Source: Clostridia bacterium
GTDB taxonomy: Bacteria; Bacillota; Clostridia; Christensenellales; Borkfalkiaceae
Reading direction: 5' to 3'
DNA length: 64,000 bases
Assembly: GCA_017545865.1 (NCBI GenBank)
Contig: JAFWXO010000013.1
Location: 8,848 to 72,847 of the forward strand
How positions within the stretch are numbered: position 1 is the stretch's first letter; each line of letters begins with the position of its first letter. The notes under the pieces are model-generated. The model was not told where the DNA came from, did no database searches, and was given only the letters and a program-made list of their open reading frames with translations. Of the stretch, positions 1 to 9,618 are shown in pieces. A program made the position numbers and the translations under genes.

Positions 1-690
1 CAAGAGTGCGCGTTAATCGTTCCCGAAATCAACCTTGATCACTTTAATAACGCAAGAAAAATCGTTGCTAACCCCAACTGTAGCACTATTCAATCAGTTC
101 TTCCCTTAAAACCGCTTGACGATAAGTTTGGTCTTAAAAGAGTTGTTTACTCAACTTATCAAGCAGTTTCGGGTAGTGGTATGAAGGGTAAAAACGACTT
201 GGCAAGAACGCTTGCTGGCGAAGAACCCGAATTTTATCCTTACAACATTGCAAAAACTTGTATTCCGCAAATCGACGTGTTCACCGATAACGGTTACACT
301 AAGGAAGAACTCAAAATGGTTAACGAAACGAGAAAAATTCTCGGCAAGCCCGACCTTAAAGTTTCCGCAACCTGCGTTAGAGTTCCCGTAATGAACGCTC
401 ACGCCGTTTCTATCATGGTTGAACTTGAAAAACCCTTTACCTTAGAAGAAGTTAGAAAGGCTTTTGAATCTCAAGACGGCATTAAGGTTTTAGACGATCC
501 TCAAAATGCAATTTACCCCGTATCTACCGTTGCAAACGACAACGACCTTGTATACGTTGGTAGAATTAGAAGAGATTTATCAACCGATAACGGCTTACTC
601 TTCTACTGCGTAAGCGACAATATTAGAAAAGGAGCGGCAGCCAACGCAATTCAAATTGCAAAGGCTCTTATTAAGGCGGAAAAAATATGA
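1..690 (+). CDS. asd: aspartate-semialdehyde dehydrogenase, C-terminal part (5' end lies outside the window)
   Basis: Frame +1 is open from base 1 (QECALIVPEINLDHF..VANPNCSTIQ..YQAVSGSG) and runs into the listed 181..690 ORF. It contains the NPNCST active-site Cys motif. The stop overlaps the next start (ATGA at 687-690). Confidence 0.9.
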   Translation, partial: QECALIVPEINLDHFNNARKIVANPNCSTIQSVLPLKPLDDKFGLKRVVYSTYQAVSGSGMKGKNDLARTLAGEEPEFYPYNIAKTCIPQIDVFTDNGYTKEELKMVNETRKILGKPDLKVSATCVRVPVMNAHAVSIMVELEKPFTLEEVRKAFESQDGIKVLDDPQNAIYPVSTVANDNDLVYVGRIRRDLSTDNGLLFYCVSDNIRKGAAANAIQIAKALIKAEKI

Positions 691-1991
691 TTACGGTAGT
701 TAAATTCGGCGGTTCGTCGGTAGCATCGAGCGGACAGTTTGCCAAAGTTAAAAACATTATTGAAAAAGACCAAAAGCGCAAAATAGTCGTTGTTTCCGCG
801 CCTGGTAAAAGGCGCAAAGAAGATAATAAGATTACCGATATGTTATATCTTTTATCTTCGCACGTTAAATACGGTATTAACGCTGACCATTTAATAAACG
901 AAATCGTTGAAAGATACGAAGAAATTAAAAGAGAACTCAATCTCGGCGTTGACGTTAAGCGCGAGTTTGAAATCATTATGGAAAACGCTAAAAACGGCGC
1001 GGGCGAAGAATACGTTGTTTCCCGCGGGGAATACCTTTGCGCTAAACTTATGTCGGCGTACCTTGGCTATTCGTTCGTTGACGCGGCTGAAGTCGTTAAG
1101 TTTAATTACGACGGCACTTTAAACGAAGAGTTAACCGCCGAAGCTGTAAAGAGCAAGTTTGAAGAACTTGGCGCTATCGTAGTTCCCGGTTTTTACGGCG
1201 CTTATCCGTCGGGAGAGATTAAACTTTTCTCTCGCGGTGGTTCAGACGTTACCGGCTCGCTTATGGCTATGGCTGTTAACGCTGAAAAGTACGAAAACTG
1301 GACTGACGTTTCAGGTATGCTCGTTGCAGACCCGAGAATTGTTGAAAATCCTGCGAGAATTGAAGAAGTTACTTACGAAGAACTTAGAGAACTTTCTTAT
1401 ATGGGCGCAAGCGTACTTCACGAAGAAAGCGTGTTCCCCGTTAGAGAACTCAATATCCCCATCTACGTTTTAAATACTAACAAGCCCGATGAAGCAGGCA
1501 CTAAAATTTGCCGTTCTTCAGATATTAACGATAAGTTCGTAACGGGTATTGCAGGTAAGAAAAACTTTAAAGCGATAACCATAACTAAGGTTGTTAGCGC
1601 GGATAAACTCGTTGTTATAAGTGACGTTTTATCCGTATTTAAAAAGTTTGGCGTTAAGATTGAACACATCCACACTTCCGTTGACTCGTTTACTATATTA
1701 GTAAACGGCAAGGACATGGAAAAGAACGTATTCGACGTTTTATCCGACATTAAGAGCGTTAAAGGCGTTATCGCGGTTGACGTTGATAACGACCTTGCTT
1801 TAGTTGCAGTCGTTGGTAGAAATATGAGATTAAAACCGGGTATTTCGGCAAGAATTTTCTCAATTTTCGGCAAGAACAACATAAACATTAAAACTATCGC
1901 TCAAGGCACTAAGGAAATCAACATTATCGTTGGCGTTCAAAACGCTGATTTTGAAAAAGCAATTCGCGCAGTGTATAACGAAGTTATCTAA
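687..1991 (+). CDS. aspartate kinase (monofunctional, with C-terminal ACT-like regulatory region)
   Basis: 434 aa. Has the amino-acid-kinase N-terminus VVKFGGSSV and an ACT-like C-terminal repeats region. It is coupled to asd by a 4-nt overlap. Confidence 0.85.
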   Translation: MITVVKFGGSSVASSGQFAKVKNIIEKDQKRKIVVVSAPGKRRKEDNKITDMLYLLSSHVKYGINADHLINEIVERYEEIKRELNLGVDVKREFEIIMENAKNGAGEEYVVSRGEYLCAKLMSAYLGYSFVDAAEVVKFNYDGTLNEELTAEAVKSKFEELGAIVVPGFYGAYPSGEIKLFSRGGSDVTGSLMAMAVNAEKYENWTDVSGMLVADPRIVENPARIEEVTYEELRELSYMGASVLHEESVFPVRELNIPIYVLNTNKPDEAGTKICRSSDINDKFVTGIAGKKNFKAITITKVVSADKLVVISDVLSVFKKFGVKIEHIHTSVDSFTILVNGKDMEKNVFDVLSDIKSVKGVIAVDVDNDLALVAVVGRNMRLKPGISARIFSIFGKNNINIKTIAQGTKEINIIVGVQNADFEKAIRAVYNEVI

Positions 1992-2004
1992 AAACAATAT
2001 AAAG

Positions 2005-2036
2005 CCCGACGGTTTTTCGTCGGGTTTTGCTTTTTT
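2005..2036 (+). terminator. intrinsic terminator after aspartokinase
   Basis: Stem cccgacg / cgtcggg (2005-2011 / 2018-2024), loop gttttt, followed by ttttgctttttt. Confidence 0.8.
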
Positions 2037-2100
2037 AGGGCGCAAAAGCGGTTTTTTTTGTTTTAGACGAGAAAATTTCCGTAAAAAATGCAAAATATTA

Positions 2101-2129
2101 TTGACTTAAACGTAGTTTACATTTATAAT
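2101..2129 (+). promoter_or_regulatory. sigma-A type promoter for secDF
   Basis: TTGACT (2101-2106), 17-nt spacer, TATAAT (2124-2129), about 70 nt upstream of the secD start. Confidence 0.6.
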
Positions 2130-2199
2130 AATTAAGTATATATGTGTTAAAAGCGAATTTTTTCGGTTTTGGCTTTTTTAAACTCAAGTGGAGGATTTC

Positions 2200-3483
2200 A
2201 TGAGTAAGATAAAATCAAGTATCGTACTTGGAATAATCGTATTATTAACCGCGCTTTTCGCGGTGCTCGATTTTGCGTCTTTCCCGATAGGCAAATCTAT
2301 CAAAGACTATAATTCGATTGGTAGCACGATTGGTCTTGGTATTGACCTTAAGGGTGGTTACGCTGCGGTGCTTACTCCCAAGTACAGCAACGACCAACAA
2401 GACGACATTGACGAACTTTTTGAAGGCGCGGTTGATATTTTAAGAACCCGTCTTGACAACAAGGGTTATACTGAAGCAGTTATAACTATCCAAGGCGTTG
2501 GCGACGGTAGGGAAATTAGAGTTGAAATTCCCGAAGTTGAAGATGCGGACGAGATTTTGAAGATTATCGGTTCTTCCGGTAGGCTTTCTTTCGTTGACTC
2601 GGCTGACACTGAATATTTAAATGGTGACGATATTAAGGACGCTTACCCCAGTTACGATGAAAACGGCGACCCCGTTGTAGTTTTAGAGTTTACCGCTCAA
2701 GGCACTACCAAGTTCTCTCAAGCAACTGGCAAGCTCACTGGCGACACTATGTATATTAAACTTGGTGACGAAGTTGTTTCCGCTCCCACCGTTAACGAGC
2801 AAATCACAAGTAATAGCGCTCAAATAACCGGTCTTGAATCTTATGAAACTGCTGAAACTATCGCAGCGGTTATTAAAGCGGGTAGGCTTGATTTCGAGTT
2901 TGAAATCGGCTCGTCTAACAAGATAAGCGCAACGCTTGGTAACAACGCGCTTCCTGCAAGCGTTATGGCGGGCGCAATAGGCTTAGCAATCGTGTTTGCG
3001 ATTATGATTTTCTTCTATCGCGGTATGGGTATTGCAGCGTCGCTCGCGCTTACTATTTACTCTGTTCTTTTAATCGTTTTATTAGCGCTCGTTCCTTGGG
3101 TCGAACTCACGCTCCCCGGTATTGCAGGTATTATCCTTTCTATCGGTATGGCGGTTGACGCGAACGTTATTATCTTTGAAAGAGTTAAAGAAGAATTCGC
3201 TGCTGGTAAGACTGCAACTTCCGCAATCAAAACTGGTTTCAAGAGAGCGTTCATAACGATTTTAGACTCGAACATTACAACTATTTTGGCATCTATCGTT
3301 CTTTGGATTTTGTGCCCGGGCTCTATCAAGGGCTTTGCAATCACGCTCCTTATCGGTATCGTTCTTTCAATGTTTACCGCAATCGTAGTAACGAGAGGCA
3401 TTTTAAAATTGATTTACAATATTAGCGGGGGAAAGACTTCCTTCTTAGGTCTTAAAAGGGAGGTAGAAGAAGATGAAGATTAA
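2200..3483 (+). CDS. secD: protein translocase subunit SecD
   Basis: N-terminal TM segment, GIDLKGG motif, periplasmic domain, then a C-terminal 6-TM SecD/SecF domain (DANVIIFERVKEE). I chose ATG 2200 because GGAGGA at 2189-2194 precedes it; the ORF-track GTG at 2188 would lie on that RBS. Confidence 0.9.
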   Translation: MSKIKSSIVLGIIVLLTALFAVLDFASFPIGKSIKDYNSIGSTIGLGIDLKGGYAAVLTPKYSNDQQDDIDELFEGAVDILRTRLDNKGYTEAVITIQGVGDGREIRVEIPEVEDADEILKIIGSSGRLSFVDSADTEYLNGDDIKDAYPSYDENGDPVVVLEFTAQGTTKFSQATGKLTGDTMYIKLGDEVVSAPTVNEQITSNSAQITGLESYETAETIAAVIKAGRLDFEFEIGSSNKISATLGNNALPASVMAGAIGLAIVFAIMIFFYRGMGIAASLALTIYSVLLIVLLALVPWVELTLPGIAGIILSIGMAVDANVIIFERVKEEFAAGKTATSAIKTGFKRAFITILDSNITTILASIVLWILCPGSIKGFAITLLIGIVLSMFTAIVVTRGILKLIYNISGGKTSFLGLKREVEEDED

Positions 3484-4513
3484 GAATTTAAAGTTTGATT
3501 TCTTTAAAAGATTTAAAATTCTCGCTCCCATATCTCTTGCGATAATTCTTATCGGCGTTATCTTAATGTTAATTCCCAAAGTTGGCATGAACGTTGGTAT
3601 TGACTTTGCCGGTGGCGCAAACGTTAGCATTGACTTTGGCGATTACGTTTCTACTCACCAAGAAATCAAAGACGATTTAGTTGAAGAAGTTAACAACGTT
3701 ATCAAGGCTGAAGGCTTTGAAATCGGCTCGGTTAGATGGTCCGGCGCTGACGAAAATATTTACGAAGTTGGTATTAAGTATTCTCTCAACGGCGAAAAGG
3801 TTGACGTTAAGAGTGAAGAAGCGCAAAAAGAATTCCTTGAAAAGATAGAAAATACTGAAGACGGTGGTCTTAAAGCAAAGATTGCAAAAGCAGTTAACGA
3901 ATATACTACCGAGTTTGAGTTTACAGACGATCAAATTAGCGCAAACATCGTTGGTGGCGAAACGAGTAGAAAACTCTTGAAAAACGCTATTCTTGCAACG
4001 GCTATTGCAATCGTTATAATGCTTATCTACATTGCTATAAGATTTACCTTTGCAAGTGGTTTAGCGGCAATCATCGCTTTAACGCACGACGTTTTGGTTA
4101 TGTTAGCGCTCACAACTATTTTCCAAATCCAAGTTAACACCACGTTTATTGCGGCAATTATCACTATCGTAGGTTACTCAATCAACGCAACGATCGTTAT
4201 CTTCGATAGAGTAAGAGAAGTTTCTAAACTTGATTCTATGAAAGGATCTTCCGATGCGGAAATTGCAAACAAATCTATTAAAGATACGTTGGGAAGAAGT
4301 ATTTTAACTACCATTACCACACTTGCAACGATTATCGTTTTAGCGGTTGTTTGCAAAGTTCTCGGCATATCCACAATGTCTGAATTTGCATTACCCATTA
4401 TCTTCGGTCTTATTGCAGGTGCGTACTCATCGGTATTCTTGTCCGCTCCCCTTTGGGTTTATATCCGTAGACTCGGCGCTAAGCTTAAAAAGAGCAAAAA
4501 GAAATCGGCATAA
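3473..4513 (+). CDS. secF: protein translocase subunit SecF
   Basis: GIDFAGG motif and a C-terminal SecD/SecF TM domain (ATIVIFDRVRE). Overlaps the secD end by 11 nt. Confidence 0.9.
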   Translation: MKIKNLKFDFFKRFKILAPISLAIILIGVILMLIPKVGMNVGIDFAGGANVSIDFGDYVSTHQEIKDDLVEEVNNVIKAEGFEIGSVRWSGADENIYEVGIKYSLNGEKVDVKSEEAQKEFLEKIENTEDGGLKAKIAKAVNEYTTEFEFTDDQISANIVGGETSRKLLKNAILATAIAIVIMLIYIAIRFTFASGLAAIIALTHDVLVMLALTTIFQIQVNTTFIAAIITIVGYSINATIVIFDRVREVSKLDSMKGSSDAEIANKSIKDTLGRSILTTITTLATIIVLAVVCKVLGISTMSEFALPIIFGLIAGAYSSVFLSAPLWVYIRRLGAKLKKSKKKSA

Positions 4514-4527
4514 TCTAATTTTTACGG

Positions 4528-4562
4528 CGGACGGGAGATATCCCGTCCGTTTGCATTTTTTT
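4528..4562 (+). terminator. intrinsic terminator after secF
   Basis: 9-bp stem cggacggga / tcccgtccg (4528-4536 / 4541-4549), loop gata, then tttgcattttttt. Confidence 0.8.
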
Positions 4563-4570
4563 ATAAACTT

Positions 4571-6847
4571 ATGAGAATAATCAAAAAGACGTATAACGTC
4601 TCACAGCAAAACTTAATAGATTCCCTTGCTAAAAACGCCGGGATATTACGTTCTACCGCAGAGATATTATACGGTAGGGGATACGATACTGCCGAAAAGG
4701 CCTTAGAGTTTATGTCCCCTGAAAAGTGGGAAAAATATTCTCCGTTTACTCTCAGCGGTATGAGTGAAGCCGTTGAAAGAATAAAAGAAGCAAAAGAAAA
4801 CGGCGAAACGGTTGTAGTTTACGGCGACTATGACGTTGACGGTATTTGCGCAACCACCGTTTTAGTTAATTCACTTAAAAAATTCGGTATATCCGCCCAT
4901 GCAGTTATCCCTGAAAGAGAAAACGGTTACGGGCTTTCCGAAGGCGTTTTAAACGAAGTTTTAGATAATTTATTCCCAGATCTTATTATCACCGTTGACT
5001 GTGGTATTAGCGCGGTAAAAGAAGTTGAATACTTAAAAGATTTGGGCGTTGATATTATTATTACAGACCACCATGAATTTCCCGAAATAACGCCTGACGC
5101 TATTATCGTTAGCACTAAAACAAAGGGGCAAGAATACCCGTTTGAATACCTTTCGGGCGCAGGTGTTTCCTATAAACTTTCTTGCGCTTTGATAGGCGAC
5201 GATGCAGACGCTTATTTGGATCTCGTTGCTTTAGCAACGGTTGCCGACAGTATGCCACTAATCGGCGAGAATAGAAACATTGTTTATCACGGCGTTGAAC
5301 TTATTAAAAACGGCAGGTGTTCAAAGGCGTTAACTTCACTTTTATACGCGAGTGGCGCAAGGGATATTTCGGCAACGAGTTTGTCTTTCACGGTAGCGCC
5401 GAGAATTAACGCTGCGGGCAGGATGGGGGATGCGTATTCCGCGTTAAAACTCTTCTTAACCGATAGCCATAAGGAAAGGGAAGAACTTACCGAAAAGTTA
5501 AATAGGTATAACCAAGCCCGCCAACAAGAGTGTGAAATACTTTATAGCGATGCGAAAAACAAACTCAAAACGGGCGGTAATTACGGCAAGGTTATAGTTT
5601 TATACGATAAAGAGTGGAAAGGTGGGCTTTTAGGCATAGTTTCGGCAAGGCTTACCGAAGAATACGGGCTTCCGAGCATATTGTTTTCCGAGCTTGACGG
5701 GGCTTTGCACGGCTCTGCTCGTTCTAACGGCGAAGTTAGCGTTTACGATGCGATAGCGTCTGCAAGCGATATTTTGATTGAATACGGCGGGCACTCGCAA
5801 GCGGCGGGCGTTACCGTTTCGGAAGAAAATTTTGAAGAGTTTGCAAACCGCGTTAACGCTTATATTAGCGAAAATTACGGGGAAACTGCGTTTGAAAAAA
5901 CGATAGAACCCGATTACGTTTTAACCGAGCCTTTCTCGTTAAGGTTTGCAAAAGAAATTGCAAAATTCGAGCCGTTCGGTCTTGGCAATAAAAAGCCGAT
6001 AATCTTAGCGGAAGAACAAAACGTTTCCGCTCGCCCGTTAAAAATAGGCTCAACCCACTTGGCTATTAAAACGCCTAACGTTGAACTCGTTCATTTTAAC
6101 GGCGTTAAGTTTTTACCTCCGCTTGAAACGAGCGTTAAAAAGTCGATTTTGTTTGAAAGTTCCGTTTCTTCTTATAACGGGAAAGAACAACCTAAAGGCA
6201 TAGTTAAAACCATTTCGTTCACTTTTAGTTCTAACGATGATTTAGCTATTTTAAGCCTTAAAAACGCCCTTTTGAGCCTTTGCTGTAAAGGCGCTAACAA
6301 TTTTGCGTGCGCGCCCGTTACAAGTGTTAAAACGCTTGTAAACGCTTGCAATCCAAGTGGGCACGGAACGCTTCTCGTTTTAACAAACCCCGATAATTTT
6401 TACGAGTACGACAATCTTTCAAGTTTTTCGCTTTGTCCGCTTAATTTAACGGTAACTGGCGGTAAAAACGCCTTGCTTATCGGTGGAGATTTGTCAACTA
6501 TTGATCTTTCTTCTTACGATGAAATTATCTATCTTGATAAGCCGTTAAACGTTGTAAACGGGGTAAAATCAACCGTTTGCGAATTGCCGTCTTTCGACTT
6601 TTCGTTAGTTTCTACTGATAGAAACGTAATGGGGGCGGAATTTAGGCGCATTAAAGAACTTATAAAATACAGTAAAAACCGTGTTGATATTATTAAAGAA
6701 AGCGAAAATCCTTACCAAACCGCTTTCTCGCTTGAAGTGTTTATAGAACTTGGTTTTATACACGAAGATAGGGCGTTGTTTATCGTTGACGGGGTAAGGA
6801 ATGACTTGTCAAACTCAAAAATCTACTCGGCTTTTTCGGAGAATTAA
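4571..6847 (+). CDS. recJ: single-stranded-DNA-specific exonuclease RecJ
   Basis: 758 aa. Has DHH-family motifs (VVVYGDYDVDGI, ITVDCG, IITDHH) and a DHHA1 motif (GGHSQAAG). Confidence 0.9.
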   Translation: MRIIKKTYNVSQQNLIDSLAKNAGILRSTAEILYGRGYDTAEKALEFMSPEKWEKYSPFTLSGMSEAVERIKEAKENGETVVVYGDYDVDGICATTVLVNSLKKFGISAHAVIPERENGYGLSEGVLNEVLDNLFPDLIITVDCGISAVKEVEYLKDLGVDIIITDHHEFPEITPDAIIVSTKTKGQEYPFEYLSGAGVSYKLSCALIGDDADAYLDLVALATVADSMPLIGENRNIVYHGVELIKNGRCSKALTSLLYASGARDISATSLSFTVAPRINAAGRMGDAYSALKLFLTDSHKEREELTEKLNRYNQARQQECEILYSDAKNKLKTGGNYGKVIVLYDKEWKGGLLGIVSARLTEEYGLPSILFSELDGALHGSARSNGEVSVYDAIASASDILIEYGGHSQAAGVTVSEENFEEFANRVNAYISENYGETAFEKTIEPDYVLTEPFSLRFAKEIAKFEPFGLGNKKPIILAEEQNVSARPLKIGSTHLAIKTPNVELVHFNGVKFLPPLETSVKKSILFESSVSSYNGKEQPKGIVKTISFTFSSNDDLAILSLKNALLSLCCKGANNFACAPVTSVKTLVNACNPSGHGTLLVLTNPDNFYEYDNLSSFSLCPLNLTVTGGKNALLIGGDLSTIDLSSYDEIIYLDKPLNVVNGVKSTVCELPSFDFSLVSTDRNVMGAEFRRIKELIKYSKNRVDIIKESENPYQTAFSLEVFIELGFIHEDRALFIVDGVRNDLSNSKIYSAFSEN

Positions 6848-9001
6848 ATGATAAATACTTATAGCGTACTTGACGAAATAAATAAGATATACCCTGAAGA
6901 CGAAGTAAGGTTTTTGTCGCGCGCGTACCAGTTTGCAAAGGAAGCGCATAAAAATCAAAAGAGAGCGTCTGGGGAAGAATACTTTACCCATCCGTGTTCG
7001 GTGGCGCAAATTTTAATCGGTCTTAAAATGGACTATAGAACGATTGCCGCCGCCTTTTTGCATGACGTTTTGGAAGATACGCCCGTATCTGCAAGCGATA
7101 TTGAAAAGGAGTTTGACGCGGAAGTTTTAGCGCTCGTTGAAGGCGTTACAAAACTTGATAAAATCGAGTTTAAATCTCACGAAGAAGAGCAGGCTGAAAA
7201 CTTTAAAAAGATTTTCGTTTCAATGGCGAAAGATATAAGAGTTATCATCATTAAACTTGCAGACCGCCTTCACAATATGCGTTCGCTTAACTTTTTATCT
7301 CACGAACGCCAACTTCGTATGGCGAACGAAACGCTTGAAATTTTTGCTCCGCTTGCAAGAAGGCTTGGTATTTCTAAACTCAACTGCGAACTTGAAGACT
7401 TGTGTTTAAAGTATATCGACCCAGAGGCTTTTGAGTTTTTAGCGGAAAATATCCACAATAAGATAGAAGAAAGAGAAGCGTTCGTTCAAAAAATGGTTGA
7501 CGAACTTAGGAAAATCGTTTTTGAAAGTAATATAAAGGGCGAAGTTTTCGGTAGACCTAAACACTTTTATAGTATTTACAAGAAAATGAAAGCCAAAAAC
7601 TTAACGCTCGATCAAGTTTACGATTTGACGGCGCTTAGAATTTTGGTTAACACCGTTGACGAGTGTTACGAGCTTTTAGGTAAAATTCATAAAAATTACA
7701 CGCCTATGCCGGGTAGAATTAAAGACTATATTGCTATTCCCAAAGAGAATATGTATCAAAGTCTTCACACCACGGTCGTAACGTCGTTTGGTAAGGTGTT
7801 TGAAATTCAAATTAGAACTTACGAGATGAATAACACCGCCGAATACGGTATCGCGGCGCACTGGCAATATAAAGAAAACAAAAACTCGTCCGATAACTTT
7901 GATAAAAGGCTTAGCTGGATAAGAGAAGTTATGGAGTGGGAAGGTGGTCTTAAAGATAGTAAGGAGTTCCTTGAATCTTTGAAAGGCGACGTTTATAATA
8001 CTGAACTTTTGGTATTCACGCCAAAGGGCGAAGTTATAAGTTTGGCAAAAGATAGCACGCCCGTCGACTTTGCTTACCGTATCCACACTCAAGTTGGCAA
8101 CCGTTGCGTCGGCGCGAGAATTAACGGCAAAATGGTTCCTTTAGCCACCGTTTTAAAGGTTGGCGACGTGGTTGAAATTATAACTTCAAACACGTCAAAC
8201 GGCCCTTCGTGGGACTGGCTTAAGTTTGTTAAAACAAACGGCGCAAGGGCGAAGATTAAAGCCTTCTACAAAAAGGAAAAGGCTGACGATATGATTAAAC
8301 TCGGAAAGCAAATGCTTGAATCCGAGGCAAAAAACAAAGGTTATACCTTTGGCGAACTTTTAACTAAGGAAAACTTTGAAAAACTCTGCGAAAAATTCTC
8401 TTTCTCAGGTCAGGAAGAAATGTATATCGCGGTTGGCTCTGGCGCGCTCAACGTCAACCAAATTTTAGTTAAACTTGTCGATTACTATAAAAAGGAACAT
8501 CGCCCCAAAGTAAACCACTATCCAACGGGTGTAACGTCAAAAATCGTTCACTCCACGGGTGACGTTGTTATCAAGGGGGTTGACGGGCTTTTAGTTCGCT
8601 TTGCACGTTGCTGTAACCCCGTTCCCGGCGATAAGATTATAGGTTTCGTATCTCGTGGTAGAGGCGTTGTTGTTCACAGGTGCGATTGCCCGAACATGAA
8701 GGCGGAAGACCCCGCAAGATTTTTAGATGCTGAGTGGACTGGCAAGGTTGGTGAAGACGGTTATAACGTAAGTTTAAGAATAACCGCAAAAGAAGATGCG
8801 AGCGTTCTTTCTCTCGTTTCCACCGCTTGCGCAAAGTATAATATGTTCATACTTGCAATTAACGGTAGAGTGGATAATAAAAAGCACGTTTCCACCGTTG
8901 ATATTACCCTTAAAATCAATAAAAAAGAAGATCTTGATAACTTCTTAAAACACGTTACGGCAGATCCGTGTATTTTAGACGTATTTAGGAATAATAACTA
9001 A
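6848..9001 (+). CDS. relA: bifunctional (p)ppGpp synthetase/hydrolase (RelA/SpoT homologue)
   Basis: 717 aa. HD hydrolase domain (FLHDVLEDT), RelA/SpoT synthetase core (DYIAIPKENMYQSLHTTV), and TGS and ACT-like C-terminal regions. The start abuts the recJ stop (TAAATG). Confidence 0.92.
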   Translation: MINTYSVLDEINKIYPEDEVRFLSRAYQFAKEAHKNQKRASGEEYFTHPCSVAQILIGLKMDYRTIAAAFLHDVLEDTPVSASDIEKEFDAEVLALVEGVTKLDKIEFKSHEEEQAENFKKIFVSMAKDIRVIIIKLADRLHNMRSLNFLSHERQLRMANETLEIFAPLARRLGISKLNCELEDLCLKYIDPEAFEFLAENIHNKIEEREAFVQKMVDELRKIVFESNIKGEVFGRPKHFYSIYKKMKAKNLTLDQVYDLTALRILVNTVDECYELLGKIHKNYTPMPGRIKDYIAIPKENMYQSLHTTVVTSFGKVFEIQIRTYEMNNTAEYGIAAHWQYKENKNSSDNFDKRLSWIREVMEWEGGLKDSKEFLESLKGDVYNTELLVFTPKGEVISLAKDSTPVDFAYRIHTQVGNRCVGARINGKMVPLATVLKVGDVVEIITSNTSNGPSWDWLKFVKTNGARAKIKAFYKKEKADDMIKLGKQMLESEAKNKGYTFGELLTKENFEKLCEKFSFSGQEEMYIAVGSGALNVNQILVKLVDYYKKEHRPKVNHYPTGVTSKIVHSTGDVVIKGVDGLLVRFARCCNPVPGDKIIGFVSRGRGVVVHRCDCPNMKAEDPARFLDAEWTGKVGEDGYNVSLRITAKEDASVLSLVSTACAKYNMFILAINGRVDNKKHVSTVDITLKINKKEDLDNFLKHVTADPCILDVFRNNN

Positions 9002-9618
9002 TGAAACTTTATAAACACACTCTTGGCGAACTCTCCGTTAACTGTTACGTTTTAGTTGACGAGCAGTCTGGCGATGCAGTTGCTATCGATATCGGTGGCG
9101 ACGAGGGGTTTTTGTTGCTTGAAGAGTTAAAAAAACAATTTAAAATTAAAGCGGTGCTTCTTACTCACTGCCACTTCGATCATATCGGCGGAGTGTATAA
9201 GTTTTACGAGCGTGGGGCAGACGTTTATATGAGTTCTCTCGACGAAAAAGGCATACTTGACGGCAGTTATAATTTATCCGCAGTTTTCGGCTCGGAAGTT
9301 AAACCTTTCAAGTTAAAAACTGCCTTATCGGGCGGTGAAACGCTCAAATTTGGCGAGATTGAAGTGGAAGTTATCTCAACGCCGGGTCATACGGCGGGCG
9401 GTTTAACTTATAAAGTTCAAGATATGCTTTTTTGCGGTGACACGCTTTTTGCGGGCAGTTTCGGTAGGGTTGATTTTCCAAGCGGAGATATTTCCGTTTT
9501 GAAAAAGAGCGCTCAAAAACTCTTTGCTTACGACGGTTGCACTTTATACCCAGGTCACGGCGAAAAAACAACCGTTGAAAGAGAGAAAAGTTCCAACCCT
9601 ATAAAGTACTATGATTAA
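9001..9618 (+). CDS. MBL-fold metallo-hydrolase (glyoxalase II-like)
   Basis: 205 aa with the HxHxDH motif written THCHFDHIGG and a downstream GH..G motif. Start shares one base with the relA stop (TAATG). Confidence 0.8.
   Translation: MKLYKHTLGELSVNCYVLVDEQSGDAVAIDIGGDEGFLLLEELKKQFKIKAVLLTHCHFDHIGGVYKFYERGADVYMSSLDEKGILDGSYNLSAVFGSEVKPFKLKTALSGGETLKFGEIEVEVISTPGHTAGGLTYKVQDMLFCGDTLFAGSFGRVDFPSGDISVLKKSAQKLFAYDGCTLYPGHGEKTTVEREKSSNPIKYYD

Noticed and set aside
2037-2062. Second hairpin/T-run after the aspartokinase terminator (gcgcaaaagcg followed by T8).
   Set aside because: The stem is only 3 bp, so it is probably just T-rich spacer rather than a tandem terminator.
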